The notes under the pieces were generated by a model that saw only the letters and a list, made by a program, of their open reading frames with translations, searched no databases and was not told where the DNA came from. This document shows positions 1 to 8,007 of a stretch of 64,000 bases of DNA, in pieces. The DNA comes from a virus (Duplodnaviria > Caudoviricetes), in IMG/VR virus record IMGVR_UViG_3300044829_000002, positions 12,916-76,915 of that record. One strand, written 5' to 3'. The translations under genes and the position numbers were made by a program. Position 1 is the stretch's first letter. The number at the start of each line of letters is the position of its first letter.

Positions 1-12
1 ATCCCCCCTCCC

Positions 13-267
13 TCATTCCTGCGGGCCGAACATGGCCTCGTCGTGGTCGAACGCGTCCTGATCAACCTGTCGGCGAGCGGGTGCCACGGTCACACGAGAC
101 TCACCCGGCAGAGTCAAGCGGTCACCGTTGCCGAACTGGATTACGCGCACGGCACCGGGCGAGGTAATCCACACGACGTCGAGCCCGACAAGTAGCAGAT
201 GTGCTGGCGTGCCGAAACTGGTAAGCCGCATGCCGACTGTCAGGTCGTTAACGGTGATAGTGGTCAT
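13..267 (-). CDS. hypothetical protein (84 aa)
   Basis: ATG at 267 preceded by RBS-like AAGGGAGAG; ORF MTTITVNDLTVGMRL... Confidence 0.6.
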   Translation of the reverse strand: MTTITVNDLTVGMRLTSFGTPAHLLLVGLDVVWITSPGAVRVIQFGNGDRLTLPGESRVTVAPARRQVDQDAFDHDEAMFGPQE

Positions 268-272
268 GATCT

Positions 273-749
273 TCACTCTCCCTTGGGTGCTGCGAACCGC
301 TGCGCGGCGGCGCTGCGGGCTCTGCTCCTGAATGCACGCTGTGATGCTCTGATGCACGTCTTGCAACCTCGTCTAAGCCTGCCTTTCGCACCGTTGGGTG
401 CTTGCAGTACTAGATTGTCACCGCTCAACGGGTGACCCTTGGGGCAGTGAGTAACACGCGTGCCGTGGTGGCGACCCTTGTTGGCTCGATCCCAGTTGTT
501 ATCAGCGACGGTGCCGAGGAACAGATGCTCATCACGGAAGCACGGCGGGTTGTCGCAGTGATGGAGCACGCACGGTGTCTCGGGCGGAATGGGTCCGTGC
601 AGCTCGACCCATGCGGCGCGATGCGCTTGTTGCATGGAATTGCCAACGCTGATCTGGCCGTAGCCCTTTGTTGAGCGGTGCCCATCGAAGACGATGCACT
701 CGCCCTCGGAATGAGATCGCGCGGTGAGTCTGACAATCACTGACGTCAT
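273..749 (-). CDS. HNH homing endonuclease with C-terminal Cys/His zinc-binding module
   Basis: GYGQI...AHRAAW...VLHHCDNPPC...HLFLGTVADN motif, then THCPKGH...CKTC; ATGA overlap with upstream gene. Confidence 0.85.
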   Translation of the reverse strand: MTSVIVRLTARSHSEGECIVFDGHRSTKGYGQISVGNSMQQAHRAAWVELHGPIPPETPCVLHHCDNPPCFRDEHLFLGTVADNNWDRANKGRHHGTRVTHCPKGHPLSGDNLVLQAPNGAKGRLRRGCKTCIRASQRAFRSRARSAAAQRFAAPKGE

Positions 750-1009
750 CGTGTGCGCCTGCTGAATCGTTGTGCGGCGGCTGAACGCGTCACGCCTAGC
801 GGACCGGCGATTTCTTGCCACGAGAACCCTCGCACGCCATGCTCGTCGGTGGAGCGCAATTGTGCGGCAGCTTCACGCACGCCCTCAGACGCGGCGCGGT
901 CCAGCATCTTGACAATGGACGCAAAGCCCTCAACGTCATCGCTGCCAGCAGCTTTGAGCATCGCGGCCAGTTGGCGCTCCCAGCGGCGGATCTCTTCTGG
1001 CTCAAACAT
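746..1009 (-). CDS. helix-turn-helix DNA-binding protein
   Basis: C-terminal FSWQEIAGPLGVTRSAAAQRF matches the actinobacterial SWxEIxxxLGVTRQAAxQRF HTH; RBS GAGGGAG. Confidence 0.75.
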   Translation of the reverse strand: MFEPEEIRRWERQLAAMLKAAGSDDVEGFASIVKMLDRAASEGVREAAAQLRSTDEHGVRGFSWQEIAGPLGVTRSAAAQRFSRRTR

Positions 1010-1032
1010 GGCTAGCTCCCTCGGTCGGTGCG

Positions 1033-1051
1033 TGTCGTGCTGAGTACGACA
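1033..1051. promoter_or_regulatory. palindromic operator TGTCG-N9-CGACA overlapping a minus-strand -10 (TAATGT); -35-like TGTACA 17 bp upstream
   Basis: tgtcg tgctgagta cgaca, intergenic, directly upstream of the HTH gene. Confidence 0.75.
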
Positions 1052-1065
1052 TTACAGCATGAAGG

Positions 1066-1096
1066 AGCCGGTGTACAGAGGGTCTGTACACCGGCT
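1066..1096. terminator. 14-bp stem hairpin containing the GTACAG-N5-CTGTAC palindrome
   Basis: agccggtgtacaga-ggg-tctgtacaccggct followed by a T run on +; just after the ArdC-like gene stop. Confidence 0.6.
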
Positions 1097-1110
1097 TTTG
1101 GCGGGTCGGC

Positions 1111-1509
1111 TCAGATAGCTTGGTCAGTCTGCGAGATATCGAACACCGACACCAGGCGGAAGAATTTACGACCCGGCTTGGCGTCCTCGCCGGGTGTGCC
1201 GTCCAACTCGACAGTTCCGGGGGTGCCAGCGGCGGAACCGGCCGGTGCGAGAATACGCATTCCGTGCTCGCCCTTGCGGACCTGACGGCCGACTTCCTGC
1301 CAAGCCTTGAATCCGCGAACCTCAACGGCTCCGGGCATCTGCATGGCGATCAAGGCGGCGTTGCGCTCGCTGTACTTGTCGGCCATGAGGGTGAACGTGC
1401 CGTCCTCGGGGTCCATCTCGTCCATGAATGAGTCGAGACGGTTGCGCAGTGCGAGAACTTCGGCATTCTTGTCGGTGATGCTGCGGCGGGTGCGGGTCTG
1501 TGCGGTCAT
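1111..1509 (-). CDS. ArdC N-terminal (ssDNA-binding, DUF1738-like) antirestriction protein
   Basis: YSERNAALIAMQMPGAVEVRGFKAWQEVGRQVRKGEHGMRILAP...FRLVSVFDISQT is the ArdC-N signature. Confidence 0.8.
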   Translation of the reverse strand: MTAQTRTRRSITDKNAEVLALRNRLDSFMDEMDPEDGTFTLMADKYSERNAALIAMQMPGAVEVRGFKAWQEVGRQVRKGEHGMRILAPAGSAAGTPGTVELDGTPGEDAKPGRKFFRLVSVFDISQTDQAI

Positions 1510-1536
1510 TTCTGGCTCCTAGTGCTGCTCGGCGGG

Positions 1537-1589
1537 TGTCGTGCTAGATACGACAGTACGCCGCCGACTTCTGTACAGTCAAGCTGTAC
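1537..1589 (-). promoter_or_regulatory. promoter (TTGACT-18-TACTGT) with TGTCG-N9-CGACA (1537-1555) and GTACAG-N5-CTGTAC (1573-1589)
   Basis: both palindromes and sigma-70-like elements read directly upstream of the ArdC-like gene. Confidence 0.75.
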
Positions 1590-1618
1590 GGCAGACCGAG
1601 TTTCAGACGGCGCTCGAC

Positions 1619-2989
1619 TCAGGACAAGGCGAAATTACGCGGCTTGCCCGTGCGCTTCAAGACAGGCCGATCTCCCGTGTGCATCTGCCACCGACGGCAC
1701 GTCATATCCACGTATGCCGGACTGATATCCATGCCCAGCGTGAACCTGCCCGACAGGTGCCCAGCGATCACAGTTGACCCGCTGCCGACGAACGGGTCCA
1801 GCACGAGATCGCCAGGGTCGGTGAAGCTGGCGATGAACCAGCGCGGCAACTCGACCGGGAACGTTGCCGTGTGGCCCATCGTCTCGCTAGACCCGGCCGC
1901 GATGTGCAGCACGTTGGATGGCAGCGCAATACCGGACTCGGTCTGATGCGGCCCGAGCAGTCCTGACGGCCCAGCACTGCCGCTACCGGGGGTGATCGCC
2001 TGCTCACTCGGTTTCGCATTCGCTTCCGGGTCGAACTTGATCTTGTCGGATCGGGTGAAGTGCCAGACCGATTCCCACGCGTCCTTGAACATGCTCGGGT
2101 ATCTGCCAGGCACGCCGTTCTTGGTGTCAACCCAGCAGAACTCATCCACGAACCGCCAAGCCCATTCCCTCACGTGAGCTATCACAAGATCATGCACATA
2201 CAAGTCGCGCTGGCCGTTGTCGGCGTGAGCCTTGATATTGACCAGCCACGAGCCGTCGTCGGCCAGCGCGGCGGCGACGTTGGTCTGCACAGCTTCAAAC
2301 CACGCCACGTACTCGTCAGGTGGGATCGGCTTGAACCCGCTGTCCTCGTCGTACTTGCGTTGACGGGCGTAGGGCGGGCTTGTGATCGCCAGATTCACTT
2401 TCTCGCCGTCGAGCAGCTTGCCCACGTCGTCGGCGTTGCGCGAGTCACCGCACATCACGAGATTGTCACCTAGCCGCCAGATGTCACCCGGCCGGGTAAT
2501 CACCGTGACCGACGCCGGTGGCAACTCGTCCGGGTCCAGCGGCGGTTCACCGTCGAACGGGTCGGCGTCACCGATCATCGCGGCCAGCTCGTCCTCGGTG
2601 AACCCGAGATCATCGATCTCGTAATCGTCCAGCGCGCTCAACTCGGTCACCGCCTCGTGTAGCTGCCCGGTGTCCCATTCGGCTAGCTCGGCGGTTCGAT
2701 TGTCAATGATGCCGTAAGCGCGAGCCTGATCCATCGTGCCGTCGAATATCTTGACGTCCACGTACTCGACATCTTCGGCCACGCTCGCCGCCAGCCAGCC
2801 GCTCCCGGCGATCACGATCCCGTCCGGCAGGATCACGATGTTTTTCTGCTGGCCGAACAGCCTCAGCGATGCCCTGATCGCGTCCATGTTGCGAGGGGGA
2901 TGCAAACGTACGTTGCGAGGGTCAGCCAACAGGTCAGCTACCCGTCGTGCCTCTAGCTTCATCTGGGGGCGTCGCGTCTTAGGGGGCAT
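1619..2989 (-). CDS. ParB/Srx-like N-terminal domain fused to beta-class DNA methyltransferase (likely N4-cytosine); true start may be 2962
   Basis: N-terminal PRNVRLH...IRASLRLFGQQKNIVI; catalytic TSPPY; HTATFPVELPRWFI; VLDPFVGSGST SAM motif. Confidence 0.9.
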   Translation of the reverse strand: MPPKTRRPQMKLEARRVADLLADPRNVRLHPPRNMDAIRASLRLFGQQKNIVILPDGIVIAGSGWLAASVAEDVEYVDVKIFDGTMDQARAYGIIDNRTAELAEWDTGQLHEAVTELSALDDYEIDDLGFTEDELAAMIGDADPFDGEPPLDPDELPPASVTVITRPGDIWRLGDNLVMCGDSRNADDVGKLLDGEKVNLAITSPPYARQRKYDEDSGFKPIPPDEYVAWFEAVQTNVAAALADDGSWLVNIKAHADNGQRDLYVHDLVIAHVREWAWRFVDEFCWVDTKNGVPGRYPSMFKDAWESVWHFTRSDKIKFDPEANAKPSEQAITPGSGSAGPSGLLGPHQTESGIALPSNVLHIAAGSSETMGHTATFPVELPRWFIASFTDPGDLVLDPFVGSGSTVIAGHLSGRFTLGMDISPAYVDMTCRRWQMHTGDRPVLKRTGKPRNFALS

Positions 2990-3016
2990 CCTCGCATTGA
3001 ATCACCCGAGACATGA

Positions 3017-3050
3017 CTAAGCCCCGTACCGGGGGAGATACGGGGCTTAG
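3017..3050 (-). terminator. putative intrinsic terminator (12-bp stem)
   Basis: ctaagccccgta-N10-tacggggcttag just downstream of the DUF932 gene. Confidence 0.6.
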
Positions 3051-3062
3051 CCGATCGGGGGG

Positions 3063-4070
3063 TTACTTGACGGCGAATTGCGCGAACGCGAGTTCCTTCA
3101 CGGTGCCGACGCGGTTGCGCGGCTCGGCGGAACGGGTCGCCCGGACGAGGTTCGCGTCACGCTTCGGGCCAACAGGCGTGAACCAGTCGAGGTATTCGGT
3201 GACGGCGTTGTAGCCCGCCCAGCGGGTGCCGCGAATGTTGGCCTGTGTGTCGGCGTCGGAGAACAGCTTGACCAGCTCGCCCTCGCGGCGGGCGTGAATA
3301 TTGACCGAGCGCGGCTTGGACTCGTCCTTCGGCACCGGCCAGATCAGGCGGGTTTTCTGGACGAACTGCGCCTCGCTCATCGGGGCCTGGATCATCTTCT
3401 CGGCCTCGGCCTCGAACGCACTGTCGAATTTGAACGTCAGGCCCAGCGCCCGACGGATCTCGGCGACGGCGAGCGTTGCCGACGATGTGTGCCGGACCTT
3501 GACCATCGACTTGTGATTGACGAGTGCGGCGCGCTCGGTGTTGCCGCACACGACGCGGACTGGGGTGTCGAGCAACAGCAGCGAGCCGGTGCCGTCGTGA
3601 TAGTTGAGCATCGTCAGATACCGGTTGAGCGCGTCCACGCCGCCGATCAGCATGTCCTCGCTCATCTTGGTCGTGACGAACACTGCACGCCCGCCTCGCA
3701 GCGAACCGGCTGTCTCGAACCGGCCGTTGGTTTGGCCCTTGATCGCGTCGAGGAGTTCAAGAGTCTGCTCGTTCTGGATCGGCTCCCAGACGCCGCCGAC
3801 GACGCCGAACGGCTCGCGGATCTTGGTGAACGGGTTGGAGCGGGACACGGCGTAGAACCCGTCAACGGGTGCGCCACGGTTGTCGAGCACGGGGGTGTCG
3901 TCGCGGCGTACACCCCAGCCGCCCAGGTGGCCCTCGTCTAGAACGTCGGCGGCGGTCAGGTCGCGGTCGAATGTGACACCGAGCCGATGCCAGGCCGGTT
4001 CGCGTGCGAATACGGCTGCGGATACGGTGCTGCCGTCTGCGTTCTGATGAGTCTCGATCTCGTGAGACAT
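3063..4070 (-). CDS. DUF932 family phage/plasmid protein (TIGR03299-like)
   Basis: PAWHRLG, YxPIQNE-like WEPIQNE, FETAGSLRGGRAVF, NYHDGTGS, TPVRVVCGNT, GTRWAGYNAVTEYLDW; RBS GAGAGGGAG. Confidence 0.85.
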   Translation of the reverse strand: MSHEIETHQNADGSTVSAAVFAREPAWHRLGVTFDRDLTAADVLDEGHLGGWGVRRDDTPVLDNRGAPVDGFYAVSRSNPFTKIREPFGVVGGVWEPIQNEQTLELLDAIKGQTNGRFETAGSLRGGRAVFVTTKMSEDMLIGGVDALNRYLTMLNYHDGTGSLLLLDTPVRVVCGNTERAALVNHKSMVKVRHTSSATLAVAEIRRALGLTFKFDSAFEAEAEKMIQAPMSEAQFVQKTRLIWPVPKDESKPRSVNIHARREGELVKLFSDADTQANIRGTRWAGYNAVTEYLDWFTPVGPKRDANLVRATRSAEPRNRVGTVKELAFAQFAVK

Positions 4071-4103
4071 GGTGACTCCCTCTCGGGGTGGCGTGCGACC
4101 CGG

Positions 4104-4148
4104 TGTCGCACTAGACACGACACTAGTCGCACCCTCTGACAAGAGTCA
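4104..4148 (-). promoter_or_regulatory. promoter TTGACT-18-TAGTGT, also TGTCAG-N10-TAGTGT, with operator 4104-4122
   Basis: read directly from the sequence upstream of the DUF932 gene. Confidence 0.75.
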
Positions 4149-4171
4149 ACATGCTAGCTCGCAACTACAGC

Positions 4172-4327
4172 TCACCAGTAGTGATTACGCCCGCCGATCT
4201 CGTGGCCGGTCGAGCCAGCCAGCAAGAGAACAGCACCGAGCGCGGCCAGCACGAGGCCGATGATGAACAGCAAGTGGATGCCGAACAGCAAGCCCACGAT
4301 GAGCAACACGATACCTAACACAATCAT
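4172..4327 (-). CDS. DUF6131-like small membrane protein (51 aa; not in the ORF track)
   Basis: MIVLGIVLLIVGLLFGIHLLFIIGLVLAALGAVLLLAGSTGHEIGGRNHYW; two TM segments and GGRxHYW end; RBS GAGGAG. Confidence 0.75.
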   Translation of the reverse strand: MIVLGIVLLIVGLLFGIHLLFIIGLVLAALGAVLLLAGSTGHEIGGRNHYW

Positions 4328-4590
4328 AACGTCTCCTCTAGCTGTGCCCGTATCTGTTCACTGGTCGCCGCATTCGCCTGAATCGCGGCAGCCTGCCTTT
4401 GCTGACCGTACTTGACGATCTGTTGCCGCGTCCAGAGTGGTGTGCTGCCGTAGCGGACTGTCTCGGGCGGGAACGGGACACGTGCTGTGCCGTTCCGGGT
4501 GCGTTCCCGGATTTTGTCGATCGTTTTCAGATTCACACCGAGCAGCTCAGCTACGGCAGCTCGGTCGAGTAGTTGTCGCCGCTCAGTCAT
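4324..4590 (-). CDS. AlpA/excisionase-like HTH protein
   Basis: LLDRAAVAELLGVNLKTI...FPP...YGSTPLWTRQQI. Confidence 0.7.
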   Translation of the reverse strand: MTERRQLLDRAAVAELLGVNLKTIDKIRERTRNGTARVPFPPETVRYGSTPLWTRQQIVKYGQQRQAAAIQANAATSEQIRAQLEETL

Positions 4591-4603
4591 GCACGTCCCC
4601 TTC

Positions 4604-4756
4604 CTAGTCGCCGGTCTGCTCGGCGTCGGCAGTCGCGCCGTCGGCCGGGAGACTGTAGCGGTCCCACGCCCAGCGCAGCACCCGGCCCTTGGCGTCCTGA
4701 TCCAAGTCCTCGATCGTTCTTACGATCTTGCTCATTGCTTGCAGCTCACGGTCCAC
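4604..4756 (-). CDS. hypothetical protein (50 aa; not in the ORF track)
   Basis: GTG start after RBS AAGGGAGG; VDRELQAMSKIVRTIEDLDQDAKGRVLRWAWDRY... Confidence 0.55.
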   Translation of the reverse strand: MDRELQAMSKIVRTIEDLDQDAKGRVLRWAWDRYSLPADGATADAEQTGD

Positions 4757-4770
4757 AGCAATCCTCCCTT

Positions 4771-4808
4771 AGTCGTGTCGGGCGCGACACTACCGTGTCA
4801 ACCCGACG
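4771..4808 (-). promoter_or_regulatory. promoter CGTCGG-N10-TAGTGT with operator AGTCG-N9-CGACA (4771-4789)
   Basis: read directly; intergenic. Confidence 0.6.
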
Positions 4809-4877
4809 CCGTGCATCAACACATGCAGATGCCCGCCGGGATCGACGGGCATCTGTCTCGCGCAAGTCGGGCGTCTG

Positions 4878-5297
4878 TTACGCGCTCCTCGCTCCTGAGA
4901 GATTCCGTATCGTGTTCCGCCCCGGCTGGACCGAGTCTTGGTACTTGGACGGTCGCGCAACCCGTGCAGGATTCGCCTTGGCCTTTTCCTTCACGACCGC
5001 ATTGGCAATCACCAACTCAAACTGGAACGCCCGCACCGCTTTCTTGCCCTTGCTGTCCAGCAAGTTGAGCCACCGGGCAATCCGGGGTGGCGTGACGAGT
5101 CGATAGCGTTGTCCGGCAACGCTCCATGCGATCTGCTTGGTTGTCACTCGCACACGCGACGCCTCGGTGCCGTCTGTAGCGTCAAGATCACGAGCTATCG
5201 CGTATGCGATGGGGCAGTGCCACTCGTTGTTTACCTGCGCTGCGTTGATCGCGTCGGTGTTGACCTTGATCGTGTAGTTCTCTTGCATTGCTCTCAC
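4878..5297 (-). CDS. hypothetical protein
   Basis: fills the space between neighbours; CPIAYAI motif; RBS-like GAAAGAG. Confidence 0.6.
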   Translation of the reverse strand: MRAMQENYTIKVNTDAINAAQVNNEWHCPIAYAIARDLDATDGTEASRVRVTTKQIAWSVAGQRYRLVTPPRIARWLNLLDSKGKKAVRAFQFELVIANAVVKEKAKANPARVARPSKYQDSVQPGRNTIRNLSGARSA

Positions 5298-5312
5298 TGT
5301 TCTCTTTCGGGG

Positions 5313-6119
5313 TTAGACCGCTCGCAGATGCGTAGCAGTCTTGGCGGGTTTGCTTTGGTCGAGTTCCTTTAGCCGTCGGAAGATCACGTGCGCGTCACGG
5401 GAGTATTTATCCAGCCGGTCCAGCTCACTCCATGACAGGTGCCCGAGATCACTGACACCTAGACCGTCGATGATTGGGCGCGTCTCATCCATGAGATCCC
5501 TCAGCACGTGCAGCACGTGCAGAACCTTTATCAGCTTCGGCGTAAGACACTCGCCAGTCTGTTCCTTGACCAGCCCTTTGATCACTGACGCCGTGGGCTT
5601 GCCGTCCGTCTGTTTAAGCGTCTGCTCCCACACGCCAACCATCAGATCCGGGTCAGCTTGCAGCGCGGACAACTGCCGTTTCTGCTCCCTTGTTTGCGGT
5701 GCCGGTAGATCAGGCCGCTTAGCCTCGACAATGTCCGCGACATCCTTGTGTGCGTCCTCCTCCTTAAATGCCGCCTCGAACACCTCCGGTGGGATCTCCT
5801 CCGGCGGCGTCTCATCAGCGGCAGCACCGTACGTCTCTACGTCGGACGGCTTAAGTGATGACGCTGGCTTGGCGTCCTCCAACTCGCCCCACGCTTTCAG
5901 ATGCCGCAGCACACGGGGCACAGTCTCGCCGGACTCACGAGCGAACTCGCTGGCGCTGGTCTTACCGGAAACTTTACGTTCGTTAAGTTGCGCGGCGGTT
6001 GGTCGGCCGTTGTGCGGCTTCTCCACCGAGCAGGCGACGAGCAGCGCCAGCCTCACGTCCCTGCCTTGTTTGATCAGCGCGCCGAACTCGTGCGCGTTGT
6101 CTTGCCATGTGCGGGTCAT
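5313..6119 (-). CDS. conserved actinophage protein, possibly DNA-binding
   Basis: MTRTWQDNAHEFGAL start; VWEQTLKQTDGKPTASVI helical motif; strong RBS GAGGAGGAAGG. Confidence 0.7.
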   Translation of the reverse strand: MTRTWQDNAHEFGALIKQGRDVRLALLVACSVEKPHNGRPTAAQLNERKVSGKTSASEFARESGETVPRVLRHLKAWGELEDAKPASSLKPSDVETYGAAADETPPEEIPPEVFEAAFKEEDAHKDVADIVEAKRPDLPAPQTREQKRQLSALQADPDLMVGVWEQTLKQTDGKPTASVIKGLVKEQTGECLTPKLIKVLHVLHVLRDLMDETRPIIDGLGVSDLGHLSWSELDRLDKYSRDAHVIFRRLKELDQSKPAKTATHLRAV

Positions 6120-6137
6120 ACCTTCCTCCTCGGGTGG

Positions 6138-6175
6138 TGTCGTGTCGAGTACGACGGTAACAGAACCGGCCGACT
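6138..6175 (-). promoter_or_regulatory. promoter AGTCGG-N10-TACCGT with operator TGTCG-N9-CGACG (6138-6156)
   Basis: read directly; intergenic. Confidence 0.6.
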
Positions 6176-6187
6176 AACGGAAGTGCG

Positions 6188-6655
6188 CTAACCCGTTGAT
6201 GGGCACGCAGGCACCAGTGACGACAAGTTGGACGGGCTTACCGCGTAACCGGGGAACCACGCCCAAATGATCGGCGTGTTCGGCCCGTGAGTCCGCGTCC
6301 TGACCTTGTACCAATACGAATTGCCGTTCATCGAACTACCCAAAGTCCAGCAGCGGCCCATCATCCCCGTCACGGGGTACACGCCGTAATCGTCACCCTT
6401 GGACCAGCCGTAGAACACGTAACACGGGTCCGACGTCGGCCGGAGTCGAGCTGAGACTTTGGTCGTGATGTTCGCCAGCGAGTAGTAATTCCAGTCCCGG
6501 TCGTAGGCCAGACCGCGCGTGCCGCACCCGGCCGGACTGACACGAGTCAGATCACGGCCGACGCCGTGGCCCTTGGCTGTGTAGGCCGACGCGGGCGGGC
6601 CGGTGAACAGCGTTGCCACTAGGGCCAGCGTCAGAATGATTACCAGTTTCCTCAT
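6188..6655 (-). CDS. secreted protein (Sec signal peptide)
   Basis: MRKLVIILTLALVATLFTGPPASA signal with AxA cleavage site; four Cys in the mature part. Confidence 0.7.
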   Translation of the reverse strand: MRKLVIILTLALVATLFTGPPASAYTAKGHGVGRDLTRVSPAGCGTRGLAYDRDWNYYSLANITTKVSARLRPTSDPCYVFYGWSKGDDYGVYPVTGMMGRCWTLGSSMNGNSYWYKVRTRTHGPNTPIIWAWFPGYAVSPSNLSSLVPACPSTG

Positions 6656-6672
6656 GATCGTTTCCTCTCGGG

Positions 6673-6697
6673 TGTCGGGTCGGATGCGACGCTATCA
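6673..6697 (-). promoter_or_regulatory. operator TGTCG-N9-CGACG (6673-6691) overlapping a -10-like TAGCGT
   Basis: between the stop of 6695-7123 and the RBS of the secreted protein gene. Confidence 0.55.
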
Positions 6698-7123
6698 CTC
6701 GTCTATCCCGACATCGTCAGGGATCTGCCACGCATCCCCGACGCGTTTCAGTACGTCCCCGATAGGCCGCTTGGGATGCTCAACTGGCGGCGGCGGCGCT
6801 TCACCGGCCGCAACCATGCCGCGTCGAGCTAGCAGCTCCGCTTTCCATGCCGGAAGATCATCCGGGTCCGCGTCAACCTGATCGGCCACCGTCCCGGCCG
6901 TCGTCAGTCGCGCCTCCCGAACTCGCTTGATCTCGGCGCGGATCTCAGCCGGTGAACAGAACGGCGACCGCTTGCAGATGCTCACCGCCGCCTCTGTGGC
7001 ATCCCTGAAATCGAGATCCGCCAGCAGTAGATGCCACGCGTCGGGCGTGTACTCCTCCATCTTCTGTTGCGGGCACGCCGCGTACACCAGCTCGGTCACG
7101 GTCAACGATTCCTCGGGAGTCAC
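6695..7123 (-). CDS. putative helicase loader/inhibitor (G39P-like)
   Basis: follows the replication initiator; DAWHLLLADLDFRDATEAAV...SPAEIR pattern typical of this gene position. Confidence 0.5.
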   Translation of the reverse strand: MTPEESLTVTELVYAACPQQKMEEYTPDAWHLLLADLDFRDATEAAVSICKRSPFCSPAEIRAEIKRVREARLTTAGTVADQVDADPDDLPAWKAELLARRGMVAAGEAPPPPVEHPKRPIGDVLKRVGDAWQIPDDVGIDE

Positions 7124-8007
7124 ACCAAAGCCTTTCTGTCGGAAGATGCCAGCATGTCTTGCGCGTCCCTGATCCGGGAACGGCGGCGGTTGATGATCGC
7201 GGCCTTGTCCGGCTGGCCGGGTCGGCGGGCGCGCAGTGCTTGCAAGCGCAGTTGCTCGTACTTGTCCCGCAACTTAGGCATCGATTGAATGTTGGCCCGC
7301 CAGAACTCGTCGTCCTGGCACCAGTCGATCGCTCGGTGTACTTGATCTTCGGTCCTGCCGTCGTTGTCGAGCATCAGCCGCGCCGCGTCCTGCCAGCGCT
7401 TGCCGATGGTTGGAGCCTTGGACCCGTTGCCGACGATGCGGTCCCGGAGGTGGGTGCACAGCCGGTTCACGTCCTGCCGGGTGGGAGCGACATCGGCTGA
7501 TGGTGGGTCCGGCGATTCGTCGCCGGACGTAAAGCTCTTTGTCTTTACCACCGTCTTGGTAGGAGGAACATTATGCGTATACGCGTCATGTACATTATCT
7601 GATTCCGCAGCACCATTATGCGCTTCCTGATCATGGGACAAACCTCCATCGCTTGCACCCAGGTCCACACCGGCGTCAGCCCATACGATCCGATAGCTCA
7701 GCGTGCGGTCCCACACACCGTCCTCCTGCTCGGTCAGTGCCTCGATGTGACCTAACGTCCTGAGTCGTGTGAGAATCCGCTGTATCTGCGCAACCTTAAA
7801 CCCGGTTTCGTTAGCCAACTCTTTTAGGTTGACCCGCCACCAGCCGTCGTGCACACCAGTGGCGGCGCACGGCCGATCAGGGTCCAGCCGGTAGGCAATA
7901 CGTGTCAGCACTAAAGCCCCGTTGCCGTAGCCGTCCAGGTCGCGGATCAACTGCGCTCTTACCTGCATGTAGTCGTGTGCGCCGATCGACGCTCGGTTGA
8001 TCATCAC
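7120..8007 (-). CDS. phage replication initiator protein
   Basis: N-terminal wHTH-like region; C-terminal WQDAARLMLDNDGRTEDQVHRAIDWCQDDEFWRANIQSMPKLRDKYEQL, typical of actinophage initiators. Confidence 0.75.
   Translation of the reverse strand: MMINRASIGAHDYMQVRAQLIRDLDGYGNGALVLTRIAYRLDPDRPCAATGVHDGWWRVNLKELANETGFKVAQIQRILTRLRTLGHIEALTEQEDGVWDRTLSYRIVWADAGVDLGASDGGLSHDQEAHNGAAESDNVHDAYTHNVPPTKTVVKTKSFTSGDESPDPPSADVAPTRQDVNRLCTHLRDRIVGNGSKAPTIGKRWQDAARLMLDNDGRTEDQVHRAIDWCQDDEFWRANIQSMPKLRDKYEQLRLQALRARRPGQPDKAAIINRRRSRIRDAQDMLASSDRKALV

Noticed and set aside
1033-1089. Palindromes as host LexA (SOS) boxes
   Set aside because: The actinobacterial LexA box is TCGAAC-N4-GTTCGA; neither motif matches.
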